In this document: in pieces, positions 8,739-18,161 of the stretch
Layout: every line of letters begins with the position of its first letter
Position numbering within the stretch: position 1 is the first letter of the stretch
Assembly: GCA_039028735.1 (NCBI GenBank)
Contig: JBCCHQ010000015.1
Span: 574-64,573, forward strand
DNA: 64,000 nucleotides
Source: Planctomycetota bacterium
GTDB lineage: Bacteria > Planctomycetota > UBA8108 > UBA1146 > JAJFFE01
Direction: 5' to 3'
Translations under genes and position numbers: made by a program
The notes under the pieces: generated by a model
Database searches by the model: none
What the model was told of the DNA's origin: nothing
The model's input: the letters and a program-made list of their open reading frames with translations, nothing else

Positions 8739-10192
8739 AGTCCGCCTTCATTCTGTTCCAGCGGGAGCTCTTGCAGCATCTGCGTAGCGGTGCTCCCTAC
8801 GTGTGGCGCCTGATTGTCTTGATCGCTCTGTTCATCGCAGTCGGGGAAACGAGTCGCGGTCAGATCGGCGATGGACTGTTCTTGTTCATAGCGATTTTCG
8901 CAATCAACTACGTGCTGATCGCGCTGGCAGGGCTAGTCCTCTTCGCGACGACGATCACCGAGGAACGCGAGAACAAGACGCTGGAGCTGCTGTTTCTCAG
9001 TGAGTTGAACTCGTTCGGGATCATCCTCGGCAAGCTAGCGAGTCGCGGCACAGGCGCGATGATCTTGCTGCTCATCCAACTGCCCATCGCACTCCTCGCT
9101 GTTACTCTAGGGGGTGTCTCCACGTCGATCGTGGCTTCGACCTACGGACTGCTGGGGCTCTACCTGTTCTTCGTCGCCAATGCGGGCATTGCAATGTCGG
9201 CTCTTTGTAAGCGGTCGCGAACAGCGGGACTACTGACAGGGGTGATACTCTTCCTGCACTCGTTTGCCGGAGAGATTGCCGGACAACTGAGCCGGGCACT
9301 CACGCCGGGTGGGCTCTTGCATGCCGCCGTGGAATCGATCGCTTGGTATGCCGGTCGCATCACCCCGTGGTCTGGTCGCAGCATGGGCAGCGACACCATC
9401 TCGCAGCCACAGTTGCTGTTTCACCTGATCGCCGGGGGCATCTTCTTTCTGTTGGCGTGCGTGTTCCTGGCCCGCCGGGCCAGAACGTCCGGCGCGCCCA
9501 AGAAATCAGGCGCCAAGAAAGGGCGCCCGCGACGACATCCATGGAGGCTACCGTTTCTGTGGAAGGACTTCGTGTTGGTTGCCGGTGGCCGGCGGACGTT
9601 TGTCCTCAAGTTGTGCCTATATGCGGCCCTCGTGTGTATCTTCGCCACGTTCCTGGCCGCAACGTCGCCGTGGTTCTCAGCGCGCAACTTGGGCCAGACA
9701 CTGATCCCCGTGTTGATGCTCTGCTTGGTTCTCGAGGTTTCGTTCTTCCTCAGCACTTCGCTGCACTCCGAGATCCGTGGAAACACGCTGCCGTCCTTGG
9801 CAACGATTCCAACGAACTTTCACCGCATGGCTCTCGAGAAGGTGTTTGGAGCCCTACTTGGCGCGATACCCGTTACCCTCACGTGGGGGCTGGCGGTGTT
9901 GTTGTCGATGGAACCGTGGGACCTCGACTTCATCCTTCGCGAGTTCTGGATCTTCTTCTTCATGTTCTCGGTCGGCACGTTCTATGCGCACATCACGGTG
10001 CTGTTATCGCTGTGGATCGGTCGAGCGAGCCCCGTTGCTGCCTTTGGGACCACAGTCATGATGATGTTCATCATGGCAAGCAGCGCACGAGGCGAAGAAG
10101 CTTTCGTCGTCGCGGCGTTCGTTCTGTTAATGCTCTGCGTACCTTTGCACATCGGTACGCTGAACGGACTGCGGGCGAAGGCGGCGCGTTAG
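8735..10192 (+). CDS. ABC-2-type transporter permease
   Basis: ORF 8603..10192 trimmed to the ATG at 8735, which overlaps the ATPase stop (ATGA). It is a highly hydrophobic multi-TM protein directly coupled to the ATPase. Confidence 0.7.
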   Translation: MKSAFILFQRELLQHLRSGAPYVWRLIVLIALFIAVGETSRGQIGDGLFLFIAIFAINYVLIALAGLVLFATTITEERENKTLELLFLSELNSFGIILGKLASRGTGAMILLLIQLPIALLAVTLGGVSTSIVASTYGLLGLYLFFVANAGIAMSALCKRSRTAGLLTGVILFLHSFAGEIAGQLSRALTPGGLLHAAVESIAWYAGRITPWSGRSMGSDTISQPQLLFHLIAGGIFFLLACVFLARRARTSGAPKKSGAKKGRPRRHPWRLPFLWKDFVLVAGGRRTFVLKLCLYAALVCIFATFLAATSPWFSARNLGQTLIPVLMLCLVLEVSFFLSTSLHSEIRGNTLPSLATIPTNFHRMALEKVFGALLGAIPVTLTWGLAVLLSMEPWDLDFILREFWIFFFMFSVGTFYAHITVLLSLWIGRASPVAAFGTTVMMMFIMASSARGEEAFVVAAFVLLMLCVPLHIGTLNGLRAKAAR

Positions 10193-10231
10193 ACCGCTGT
10201 CTCCGGAAGCAGTCCCAAGTGCGCGGCACGT

Positions 10232-11278
10232 TCACGCAACCTCTGAAACCAGCGCCAGCCCAGAGACGACGAGCTGCCACTGCAGGCGCATTTGGTCGCG
10301 GACCGGCATCGCTTGCAACCCGGCTTCGCCAGCTGCTCGTCGCACTCGCACGGGGTCGGTACCCGTAAGCAATTGCTGACGCCAACTGTCGAAACGCGCC
10401 TTCCAACTGTCGGCCACGACATCGGGCGGCCCCAAGTCGACACCGACGCCAGGAGTGACGAAGAGCGGCATTTCCGAGACCATCGTCAACGGGTCGCCAC
10501 CTAGTGTGCGCACCGCTTCCATCGAACTCGGGCGAAACAGCGCAGCCGTTGCTGGATCACCCAGCGCCAGAAAGTGCTGCGCCATGGCTCGCGAGTCTGG
10601 GCGTGTGCAGAACCCCCGCGAGATGCGTTGGAAGCCCTTCTCGCCATGACGCTCGACATCGTGGAGTTGATAACCCTGTTCGGCCACGCTTGCCGACAGC
10701 TGCTGCTGTAGCGGCAACGAACGCTCTGCCCAGCCTTCCTCGAGCAAGAACCATGGCCCAGCTCCTCGCATCATGCCATGAAGAGTCGCATGCAGCTGCA
10801 CCGGGGTGGGGTCGGAACACCACCACTGGTAGACACCCAGATTCTCCGGGCGAGCTGCCACGTCGTCTCGATGACGCGGGAAGCCGAACTCGATGTCGTC
10901 CCCGGGCAGTTCTCGAATCACATGACTGAGGTAGTCAGCAATATCGTACGACGCGGCCGTTGGTCGCTGCCACGCAGCGTTCCGTCGCGCACCATCGGGA
11001 TTGATGTCAGGGACGATCCACCAATCGTAGTTGTGCAGCAGTGGGTCATCCGACGGCAGGGTCGCGAGGTACGACACCAGCGCCCGCAACAGTCGCGGAC
11101 CGACGGGCTCGTCAGCGTGACACCCAGCCAAGAGGCTGACGCGGCGTGGACCGTTGCCGAATCGGTAGCCGTCGATCGCAGTGCCGTCTCGCGACCTGGC
11201 GATTTGGACAGCAACTGCCTCAGGTTTGGCGGCCGCGCCATCGAACACGATCAAGTCGTCGAAGCGCTCGGCGTTCAC
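10232..11278 (-). CDS. M14-family zinc carboxypeptidase-like protein (possibly MpaA-like peptide amidase)
   Basis: HxxE zinc motif in SLLAGCHADEPVG and the conserved DINPDG segment. The GTG start overlaps the stop of the upstream hydrolase (GTGA). Confidence 0.65.
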   Translation of the reverse strand: MNAERFDDLIVFDGAAAKPEAVAVQIARSRDGTAIDGYRFGNGPRRVSLLAGCHADEPVGPRLLRALVSYLATLPSDDPLLHNYDWWIVPDINPDGARRNAAWQRPTAASYDIADYLSHVIRELPGDDIEFGFPRHRDDVAARPENLGVYQWWCSDPTPVQLHATLHGMMRGAGPWFLLEEGWAERSLPLQQQLSASVAEQGYQLHDVERHGEKGFQRISRGFCTRPDSRAMAQHFLALGDPATAALFRPSSMEAVRTLGGDPLTMVSEMPLFVTPGVGVDLGPPDVVADSWKARFDSWRQQLLTGTDPVRVRRAAGEAGLQAMPVRDQMRLQWQLVVSGLALVSEVA

Positions 11279-12561
11279 AGCTTCACGCGGCGCTGTGACT
11301 CGGTCTCCGGGGCTGTGTCTTCTGTCTGTCTCCCCTCGCTGGGTGCCCCATCGGCGACCGAAGATGCAGCTGGGGCTTCGAGGACGCCGGAAGCCAAGAA
11401 GCGTAGGGTTGCCGCACGCGCTCGCGGGTCGTCGAGGATCTTGCGGTGGCGTGCATTGACGCGCAGGAACGCGCCGCCTGGAAGGCGCGTCGTCGCAACG
11501 CGCAACAGCCCGTCATTGTCTCCAGAGAGCAGCGGGTTCTTGCCAATCGTCGACCCGGTGCCACCCGCGATCACGGCGAACTCACAGGACGGGACGGGTA
11601 ACCCCGCTGTCTCTGCGGTCGTCGCCGCCGCAGCCGCGCCCAGCAGTGGTTCGAACCACCCCTGCGGCGCCAGTACGTCGGCAATCGCGCTGCCGTTGCT
11701 CGGCGGAGCCAGCATCACGACGCGCTGTACCTGCATGCGTTCCCGCCAAGCGTCGCCCTGACGCGCCAAAAGCGTTCTCACGACAAGGCCGCCAAGAGAG
11801 TGGACGACGAATGACACCTGCTTCGCGCCACCGAGGCGATCGAGCACTTGCGCGACTTGTGCTGCATGCTCGGCGAGTGGCGCGCGCGTACTCGGATAGT
11901 TGACCGCTACGGTGGCATAGCCCGCGCCCTCGAGATCGGACTCGAGCTTGCTCATGCAGTCCTTGGAACGCACAAGACCATGCAGCAACACGACGACGTG
12001 CTCGCTGCGGTGCCGCAGCTGTCGGTGCAAGCGCTGTTCCTCGAACGTCACGCGACACGACTCATAACTGCCCCACGCGTGGCGCACATCGCGATCATCG
12101 AGCAGCCGATAGTGTCCCGTGAGCACGCCCCGCTGAATGCGCCAGCCGGCAAAGACGAACTCATCGGCCCAGAACTGCTTGCCGCCGAACGTCGGGACCC
12201 GCAAGTTCGCAAAGCCGGTACCGTGGATCCGACGCAGCTCATCGAGGCGCCGCTGTTCACACTCCGTGCGCGTGCCGACCAAGACCACTCGGTGCGGCGG
12301 TGAATCGCTGGGGGCTAGCAGTCGGTACCGAGGTTGCGCGACCGTTGCCGGCACTGCCGCCCCGTTCCCTGCCGCCCCGTTCCCTGCCGCCTCATTCACT
12401 GCCGCCGGAGTCTCGAGCAACTCGATCTTCCACCCCAGCACGTCTGCCGCAGCCAGCGGCAACGGCAGACACAAAATGCCGTTCAGGACGCACGCTGCGT
12501 ACAGGGGCGCCGCGACACGGCGTGGGCTCGAAGCCGACGAATCGCCATAACAGTTGTCCAT
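11275..12561 (-). CDS. Alpha/beta hydrolase (lipase/esterase-type, PGAP1/DUF676-like)
   Basis: VVLLHGL oxyanion region and nucleophile elbow VHSLGG (GxSxG). N-terminal hydrophobic segment, and an (AAGNG)n low-complexity insert encoded by a 15-bp tandem repeat. Confidence 0.7.
   Translation of the reverse strand: MDNCYGDSSASSPRRVAAPLYAACVLNGILCLPLPLAAADVLGWKIELLETPAAVNEAAGNGAAGNGAAVPATVAQPRYRLLAPSDSPPHRVVLVGTRTECEQRRLDELRRIHGTGFANLRVPTFGGKQFWADEFVFAGWRIQRGVLTGHYRLLDDRDVRHAWGSYESCRVTFEEQRLHRQLRHRSEHVVVLLHGLVRSKDCMSKLESDLEGAGYATVAVNYPSTRAPLAEHAAQVAQVLDRLGGAKQVSFVVHSLGGLVVRTLLARQGDAWRERMQVQRVVMLAPPSNGSAIADVLAPQGWFEPLLGAAAAATTAETAGLPVPSCEFAVIAGGTGSTIGKNPLLSGDNDGLLRVATTRLPGGAFLRVNARHRKILDDPRARAATLRFLASGVLEAPAASSVADGAPSEGRQTEDTAPETESQRRVKL
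12354..12408. repeat. 15-bp tandem repeat (two perfect and about 1.5 degenerate copies) inside the hydrolase CDS
   Basis: CTGCCGCCCCGTTCC occurs at 12354-12368 and 12369-12383. It is followed by CTGCCGCCTCATTCA and then CTGCCGCCGG. On the minus strand this encodes AAGNGAAGNGAA. Confidence 0.8.
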
Positions 12562-12668
12562 GAAGTCACTTCCGATCTACAGCCCTCATCGTAGATACTC
12601 GCCGACGCGATGCAAACGGAAGGTAGAGCAAACAGGAAGCCACTCTCTGGACCGGCTCGCTCGAGGCA

Positions 12669-13334
12669 CTACGACGAGCCGTGGAGCTCCTGCGCGACGA
12701 TCTCGTCATACTTGCCAAGCCCGAACACGACGCACCAGAACGACCAACCACGCCCTCGGAACTTCGGCGGCTCACTGGCCAACGCGCGCCGCAGCCGGGG
12801 TCGGGGCGCAGCCAGCTGCGGATGGCAATCTCGAGCGGTGTAACGCAAGACACCCAGAATGTTGAAGCTCGCGTTCGGCAGGAGATCGAGTTCGGTGCTC
12901 AGCCCCAACCCAAGACTCAACCGGCCGGTGCGCTCGAACTTCTCGACGCCGACGACGACAGTATGCGCAGACTCTGCTGAGGTCGATCCGGGTGCGCTCC
13001 GAAACACTCTCACCTGTAGTGAGTCACCCGGTTGCGCGCTCTCGACAGCATCGTGCAGCTCTGACGCACACTCAGTCGCGTGACGATCCACGCCGAGGAT
13101 GACATCGCCAGCCTGAATGCCGGCGAGCGCAATCGGAGTTTCGGCATAGACGTCCGTGACCAGTACGCCCCAGCGCCAATCATCCCCGTCGGCCGCAGCA
13201 GGAACGGCGACTGACTTCTCATCGAACTCGCCACCGACCCAGGCTCGCTCGTAGACCGGACGCGGGCCCGACGAGCAGCCGCTGGCAATCAGCAGAAACA
13301 ATGCGCAGCCCAACAAGTTCACTCTCTGCAACAT
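12669..13334 (-). CDS. PDZ-domain lipoprotein
   Basis: ORF 12669..13835 trimmed to the ATG at 13334. This gives MLQRVNLLGCALFLLIASGC, a lipobox with Cys. PDZ-like segment: LAGIQAGDVILGVDRHATECASELHDAVESAQPGDSLQVRVFR. Confidence 0.65.
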   Translation of the reverse strand: MLQRVNLLGCALFLLIASGCSSGPRPVYERAWVGGEFDEKSVAVPAAADGDDWRWGVLVTDVYAETPIALAGIQAGDVILGVDRHATECASELHDAVESAQPGDSLQVRVFRSAPGSTSAESAHTVVVGVEKFERTGRLSLGLGLSTELDLLPNASFNILGVLRYTARDCHPQLAAPRPRLRRALASEPPKFRGRGWSFWCVVFGLGKYDEIVAQELHGSS

Positions 13335-13456
13335 GAAACGCCTTCCTCTCGAGATTGTTGGCGCCGCATCGGTGCCGGCACCAAACTCACTACACGCGTA
13401 GTTATTAAGAACAAACGAATCGAAGGGCGTGAGACCCACCTTCCAGGACGTCGGGC

Positions 13457-14533
13457 CTAATGAGAAACGAGCGCGTTGACGACCCAACGACTGACTGGGT
13501 TCGTCGTCATGCCGGCAGACACGAGGATCGTCGAGTGCTGCGCTTCGCCCCCTGCTGCCGGGTGATAGGCAAGGCACACTGGGTTTCGCGCCACCGTCGG
13601 TTGCCACGGCAACACGACGACCAACGTCGCGATCTGCAGCGCCAATGCCAGACGCTGCCAACGTCCACCGCGCCAAGCAAGCGCGCGCAACCGATCCACG
13701 GTTTGATGGGGTCGTGGCAACAGAAACGTCGAGTACGCGGCGCAGTTCGCCGGAACGGCGCCCGGCCGCAACACTCGCGCAGAAACCTTCACCAAGCCAG
13801 AAGCCAACGAACGGCGGGCGCCCAGCACGGCGCACGCTTCGAGATCACGACTCTTCTCGAGCTCTTGCCGGTAGCGGCGCACGAGCAGCTGCAGTGGCAA
13901 GTTGAAGAACAGCAGCGTACGGACTACCTCGAGCGCAAGACTACGCCAGGTATCGTAATGACGTAGATGCATCAACTCGTGCACAACGACCGCCGCCCAT
14001 TCGTCGTCGTCGAGTGTCTCGCTGAACTCTTGCGGGACGACCAGCAACGGTTCGCGCAAACCCACGACGAACGGCGTCATCGGCAGGCCACTCAGTACGA
14101 CAAGCTTCGGGACCGGTATCTGCAGACGATCTGCAACGCGGACCAACGCTTCGTACCGCGCGGGCTCCACAGCTGGCTGCAGCTCAGCAAGCGTGCGTAA
14201 CAGCCGCACGCCGCGAGCACTGCTACGCAAACGCCGCAGCAACAGGAACCCCGCCACGCCAGCCCAAATCGCCAAGACCCACAGATTCACAGCGGCGAGA
14301 TCGCCGTACCACGGCGCATTGCCGTCATGGAGCAGCTGCACCGCAAACACGCTGATCGGCGAGACCAGAAACAGGGCCGACACGCAGTGGGCGATCGAAA
14401 GCCCGACCAGAAGGCGACGCAGACGTGGTGAACGCACTCGGAGCAGCCAGAAGAAGAACGCAAGCACGCACAAGTCACCGGCACCGGCTACAAAGGAGTT
14501 GACGAGGCGCAGACTGAAGAACTCTTCCATCAC
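13457..14533 (-). CDS. BlaR1-like M56-family membrane metalloprotease lacking a penicillin-binding sensor domain
   Basis: N-terminal TM helices and the HEXXH motif in VVVHELMHLRHYD. The protein is only 358 aa, and I recognised no transpeptidase-like C-terminal domain. The GTGA overlap with the blaI-like stop indicates coupling. Confidence 0.8.
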   Translation of the reverse strand: MMEEFFSLRLVNSFVAGAGDLCVLAFFFWLLRVRSPRLRRLLVGLSIAHCVSALFLVSPISVFAVQLLHDGNAPWYGDLAAVNLWVLAIWAGVAGFLLLRRLRSSARGVRLLRTLAELQPAVEPARYEALVRVADRLQIPVPKLVVLSGLPMTPFVVGLREPLLVVPQEFSETLDDDEWAAVVVHELMHLRHYDTWRSLALEVVRTLLFFNLPLQLLVRRYRQELEKSRDLEACAVLGARRSLASGLVKVSARVLRPGAVPANCAAYSTFLLPRPHQTVDRLRALAWRGGRWQRLALALQIATLVVVLPWQPTVARNPVCLAYHPAAGGEAQHSTILVSAGMTTNPVSRWVVNALVSH

Positions 14534-14904
14534 TCCACCTCTCCCAGGAGCTTCTGCAGACGAGCGAGCTGCTTTGGCGTCACCTTGTCCTTGCCGAGGA
14601 AAGCCGCGATCGCGTCACCGGTCGATCCTTGAAAGAACTGCTCTCGCAGTAAGTCGACGTACTGCTGCCCCAAAGCCTCGCGGCTGATCCGCGCGCGGTA
14701 GCCTTTGCTACGACCATCTCGTGAGTACTGCTCCAGGAAGCCTTTGTCGGCGAGCCGCTTCATGACCGTCATCACGGTGTTGTGATGCAGCTTCCGCGGG
14801 GATTGGACGCGCGCCACCACATCGGCAACAGCCACGTCCTCGCACTCCCAAACCACCTTCATGACCTCTAGCTCGAGAGGCCCTAGTAGCGACATTTTCT
14901 TCAT
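14530..14904 (-). CDS. BlaI/MecI/CopY-family transcriptional repressor
   Basis: ORF 14530..14988 trimmed to the ATG at 14904 (MKKMSLLGPLELEVMKVVWE...). It has a winged-helix N-terminus, and HHNTVMTVMKRLADKGFL is typical of the family. Confidence 0.85.
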   Translation of the reverse strand: MKKMSLLGPLELEVMKVVWECEDVAVADVVARVQSPRKLHHNTVMTVMKRLADKGFLEQYSRDGRSKGYRARISREALGQQYVDLLREQFFQGSTGDAIAAFLGKDKVTPKQLARLQKLLGEVE

Positions 14905-14916
14905 GCGCGACAACCT

Positions 14917-14930
14917 ACTACCCTCGTAGT
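14917..14930. promoter_or_regulatory. Candidate operator dyad in the blaI-like leader
   Basis: ACTAC-CCTC-GTAGT inverted repeat 13 nt upstream of the chosen ATG. BlaI/CopY-type repressors usually autoregulate through short dyads. This is purely a sequence observation. Confidence 0.2.
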
Positions 14931-15002
14931 GAGACTGCAATCGCCATATGGTGTAGAATGGTGGGGACTTCCAAACGGTAACACCCAAGTAGAGAGAATG
15001 GC

Positions 15003-18000
15003 GTGAGTTCCGAAGATCGCACTCCCCCTCCGAAAGTCCCCGAGACGCTGCACATGAACGGGGACGACGGTGCGGCGCCGCACGAGGTGCCGGCGCAACT
15101 ACGCCACTACCGGCTGGATCGCGAGATCGGTCGCGGCGGCATGGGGGTCGTCTACCTCGCGGAGGATACCCGCCTCAAACGCTCGGTGGCCGTGAAGGTG
15201 CTCGGCGACGACATCGCGGGTGACGCAGAAGCCCTGCGACGCTTCGAGCGTGAAGCACAGCTGTTGGCGGCGCTCAACCACCCGAACATTGCGACGATCC
15301 ATGCCCTCGACGAAGTCGACGGGCTGCGCTTCCTGACGCTCGAGTACTTGCCCGGTGCGACGCTGTCCGAAGAGCTCCGCACGGGACCGATACCCGTCGC
15401 ACGTTCGATTCAGATCTGTCGTCAAATCGCCAGCGCTCTGCAAGCCGCCCACGAAAGCGGCGTCGTGCACCGCGACCTGAAGCCATCGAACATCAAGATC
15501 GTCGACGACATCGGCGTGAAGGTCTTGGACTTCGGAATCGCCAAAGTACTGACGGAGCCCGCCGCAGCCGACATCACTGTCGTCGGCGCCATCGTCGGTA
15601 CTCCTGGCTACATGAGCCCAGAACAGCTCCGCGGTCAGAGCGTCGATGGACGATGTGACGTCTGGGCGTTCGGGTGCTTGATGTACGAGTGCCTGACCGG
15701 TGAGCCAGCGTATCCAGCCAAGTCGCTGGCCGAGTACATCGTCGCAGCCCTCGATGCAGAACCCGCGTGGGAGCGCCTCCCCGATGACACCCCGACCGGC
15801 ATCTGCGAGGTCCTCCGAGCTTGCCTAGCCAAGAAGAGCGACGACCGCCCCGCGACGATCTCCGTCGTGCGGCGAGTTCTCGACGAAGAGATCGCTCGCG
15901 GCGCTCTGCCGACTGCCTATCGCGAGAAAGGCCACGTCGACGCTGCGGCCGCTGCGCCGCGACACAACCTGCCGCGGCAACTGACCAGTTTCGTCGGCCG
16001 CGAACGCCAGCTCGCAGACATCAACGAAGCACGCGACAAAGGACCTCTGCTGACGCTGACCGGCATCGGTGGTTCCGGCAAGACGCGGCTGCTGATCGAG
16101 ATCGGCAAAGGCGCTGTCGAAGACTATCCAGACGGAATCTGGATGGTCGAACTCGCGCCCGTCGCCGAAGAGGAACGCGTCATCGAGACCGTCGCCAAAG
16201 TCCTTGGCGTGCAGGAGGACCCAGGGCGGCCGCTGCTCGATCTGGTCGTCGACCAATGGAAGGAGCGAGCCGCGCTGCTCTTGCTCGACAACTGCGAGCA
16301 CCTTCTAGGGGCCTGCTCGACCCTCGCCGAACACCTACTGCGCAACTGCCCCGACCTGAAGATCATCGCCAGCAGTCGTGAAGGGCTCGGGATCAGCGGT
16401 GAGACGATCTACCAGGTCTCCTCGATGGCTTTGCCGCCGGCAACGCCGATCGCACTCGCCGAATGCGCGGCGATCGAGTCCGTACAGCTGTTCGTCGAAC
16501 GGGCCAGCGCCGCTCAACCCGGCTTTGAGCTTACCGAAGAACTGATCCCCAGCGTGCAGAAGGTCTGCCGCCGCCTCGATGGAATTCCGCTGGCTCTCGA
16601 GCTCGCCGCCGCCCGCGTACGCATGCTGCCCGTAGCAGAGATCGCTACCCGTCTCGATGATCGCTTCCGATTGTTGACCGGAGGGTCCAAGACCGCGCTC
16701 CCCAGACAACAGACGCTGCGCGCCACAATCGACTGGAGCTACGAACACCTATCGGCTGAAGAGCAATCGCTGTTGCAGCGCCTGTCGGTATTTGTGGGCG
16801 GCTGGACTCTGGAAGCTGCCGAAGGCGTCTGCGCAGGAGATGGACTCGACGAATGGCAGGTGCTCGACCTGTTGTCGCATCTCGCCGACAAGTCGCTGGT
16901 GGAAGTCGACATCGAAAGCGGTCACAAGGCGGGTGTCGCGCGCCATCGGCTGCTCTCTACAGTGCGCCAGTACGCGGGAGACCGACTGCTGGAAAACGCC
17001 CAAGAGCGCGCGGTGCGACGCCGGCACCGAGAGTACTTCCTCGCATTCGTGGAGCGTGCAGAACCGCATCTCACGACGCCAGATCAGTCCACGTGGCTGG
17101 CTCGCCTCGAAGCCGAGCACGATAACCTGCGGGCGGCGCTCGAGAACTGCCTCGTCGACCAAGACGCGATCGAGGAAGGGTTGCGCCTTGCCGGTTCGCT
17201 GTGGCGCTTCTGGCTCGTGCGCGGGCCATGGCAGGAAGGACGGTCGTTTCTCGCCGAGCTCTTGTCCGCTGCGGATCCTGACAGCGCGACTCCCGGGCGC
17301 ACCAGAGCGCTGAACGCATCAGGCGTCCTGGCCAACGTCCAGTTGGAGCACGAACGAGCCCGCGACTTCTGCCAAGAGAGCCTCGCGGCGGCTCGCCAGC
17401 TCGACGACCGTCGCAGCATCTCACGCGCGCTGTTGAACCTCGGCAACATCGCCCGCTGCATGCATGACTTCGACGGCGCCCGCCAACACCTGGAAGCCAG
17501 CCTAGAGCAGCTCGAAGCCCTCGGCGACACCTACGGCGTGGCCGTCACCGAATACAATCTTGCGTACCTCGCGCTCGACCAGAAAGATCTCGATCGCGCC
17601 CGGGAACTATTCGAGCAGGGCCTCGTGCACTTTCGCGAACTCGGTGACCTGTTTGGTATGGCGTGGTCGTTGTCGTTGCTGGGAGTGATGGCACAAGACC
17701 GAGACGACTTGCTGACGGCTCGCGATCTGCACACGGAAAGCCTCGTATTGAAACGGCAACTCGGCGAACCGTTCGGTATCGCCGCTTCGCTCCTTCACCT
17801 CGGCCAGATCGAAGTCGAGTTCGGCAACGTCGCAGCCGCCCGCGAACATCTCATCGCGAGCCTGGAGACGCTCAGGGACGGACGCCAGCGCAAGGCCTTG
17901 GCTGAGTGCCTGATCTCGTTTGGGCAGCTGGCGATTGCCGAAGAACGCGCTCCCCGGGGAGTGCTGATCTTCGCTGGCGCCAAGACCTACATCGGCGATT

Positions 18001-18161
18001 CGGTCGACGTTTCGGCGCGCTGCCGAGCGGCGCTCGACGCCGGTCTCACAGACAGTCGTCAGGCCGTCGGCAAGGCTCGACACAAGACCCTGATAGAACA
18101 AGGCGCCGCGATGAAGCTCGAGGAATTGGTGCGGTTCGCACTCGACGATTCGAACCCCTAG
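15003..18161 (+). CDS. Ser/Thr protein kinase fused to a P-loop NTPase (NB-ARC/AAA-like) and TPR repeats (STAND-type, PknK-like architecture)
   Basis: Kinase motifs GRGGMGVVYLA, VAVK, HRDLKPSNI, DFGIAK and GTPGYMSPE. P-loop GIGGSGKTRL and Walker B LLLLDNCEH. The C-terminal roughly 350 aa contain TPR-like repeats. GTG start at 15003; the ATG at 15054 is an alternative. Confidence 0.85.
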   Translation: MSSEDRTPPPKVPETLHMNGDDGAAPHEVPAQLRHYRLDREIGRGGMGVVYLAEDTRLKRSVAVKVLGDDIAGDAEALRRFEREAQLLAALNHPNIATIHALDEVDGLRFLTLEYLPGATLSEELRTGPIPVARSIQICRQIASALQAAHESGVVHRDLKPSNIKIVDDIGVKVLDFGIAKVLTEPAAADITVVGAIVGTPGYMSPEQLRGQSVDGRCDVWAFGCLMYECLTGEPAYPAKSLAEYIVAALDAEPAWERLPDDTPTGICEVLRACLAKKSDDRPATISVVRRVLDEEIARGALPTAYREKGHVDAAAAAPRHNLPRQLTSFVGRERQLADINEARDKGPLLTLTGIGGSGKTRLLIEIGKGAVEDYPDGIWMVELAPVAEEERVIETVAKVLGVQEDPGRPLLDLVVDQWKERAALLLLDNCEHLLGACSTLAEHLLRNCPDLKIIASSREGLGISGETIYQVSSMALPPATPIALAECAAIESVQLFVERASAAQPGFELTEELIPSVQKVCRRLDGIPLALELAAARVRMLPVAEIATRLDDRFRLLTGGSKTALPRQQTLRATIDWSYEHLSAEEQSLLQRLSVFVGGWTLEAAEGVCAGDGLDEWQVLDLLSHLADKSLVEVDIESGHKAGVARHRLLSTVRQYAGDRLLENAQERAVRRRHREYFLAFVERAEPHLTTPDQSTWLARLEAEHDNLRAALENCLVDQDAIEEGLRLAGSLWRFWLVRGPWQEGRSFLAELLSAADPDSATPGRTRALNASGVLANVQLEHERARDFCQESLAAARQLDDRRSISRALLNLGNIARCMHDFDGARQHLEASLEQLEALGDTYGVAVTEYNLAYLALDQKDLDRARELFEQGLVHFRELGDLFGMAWSLSLLGVMAQDRDDLLTARDLHTESLVLKRQLGEPFGIAASLLHLGQIEVEFGNVAAAREHLIASLETLRDGRQRKALAECLISFGQLAIAEERAPRGVLIFAGAKTYIGDSVDVSARCRAALDAGLTDSRQAVGKARHKTLIEQGAAMKLEELVRFALDDSNP

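Noticed and set aside
11648-11657. GGTTCGAACC T-loop-like strings (a similar GGTTCGAAT string also occurs near 48078)
   Set aside because: Both lie inside well-supported CDS, and no flanking acceptor, D or anticodon stems could be drawn. No tRNA is called.
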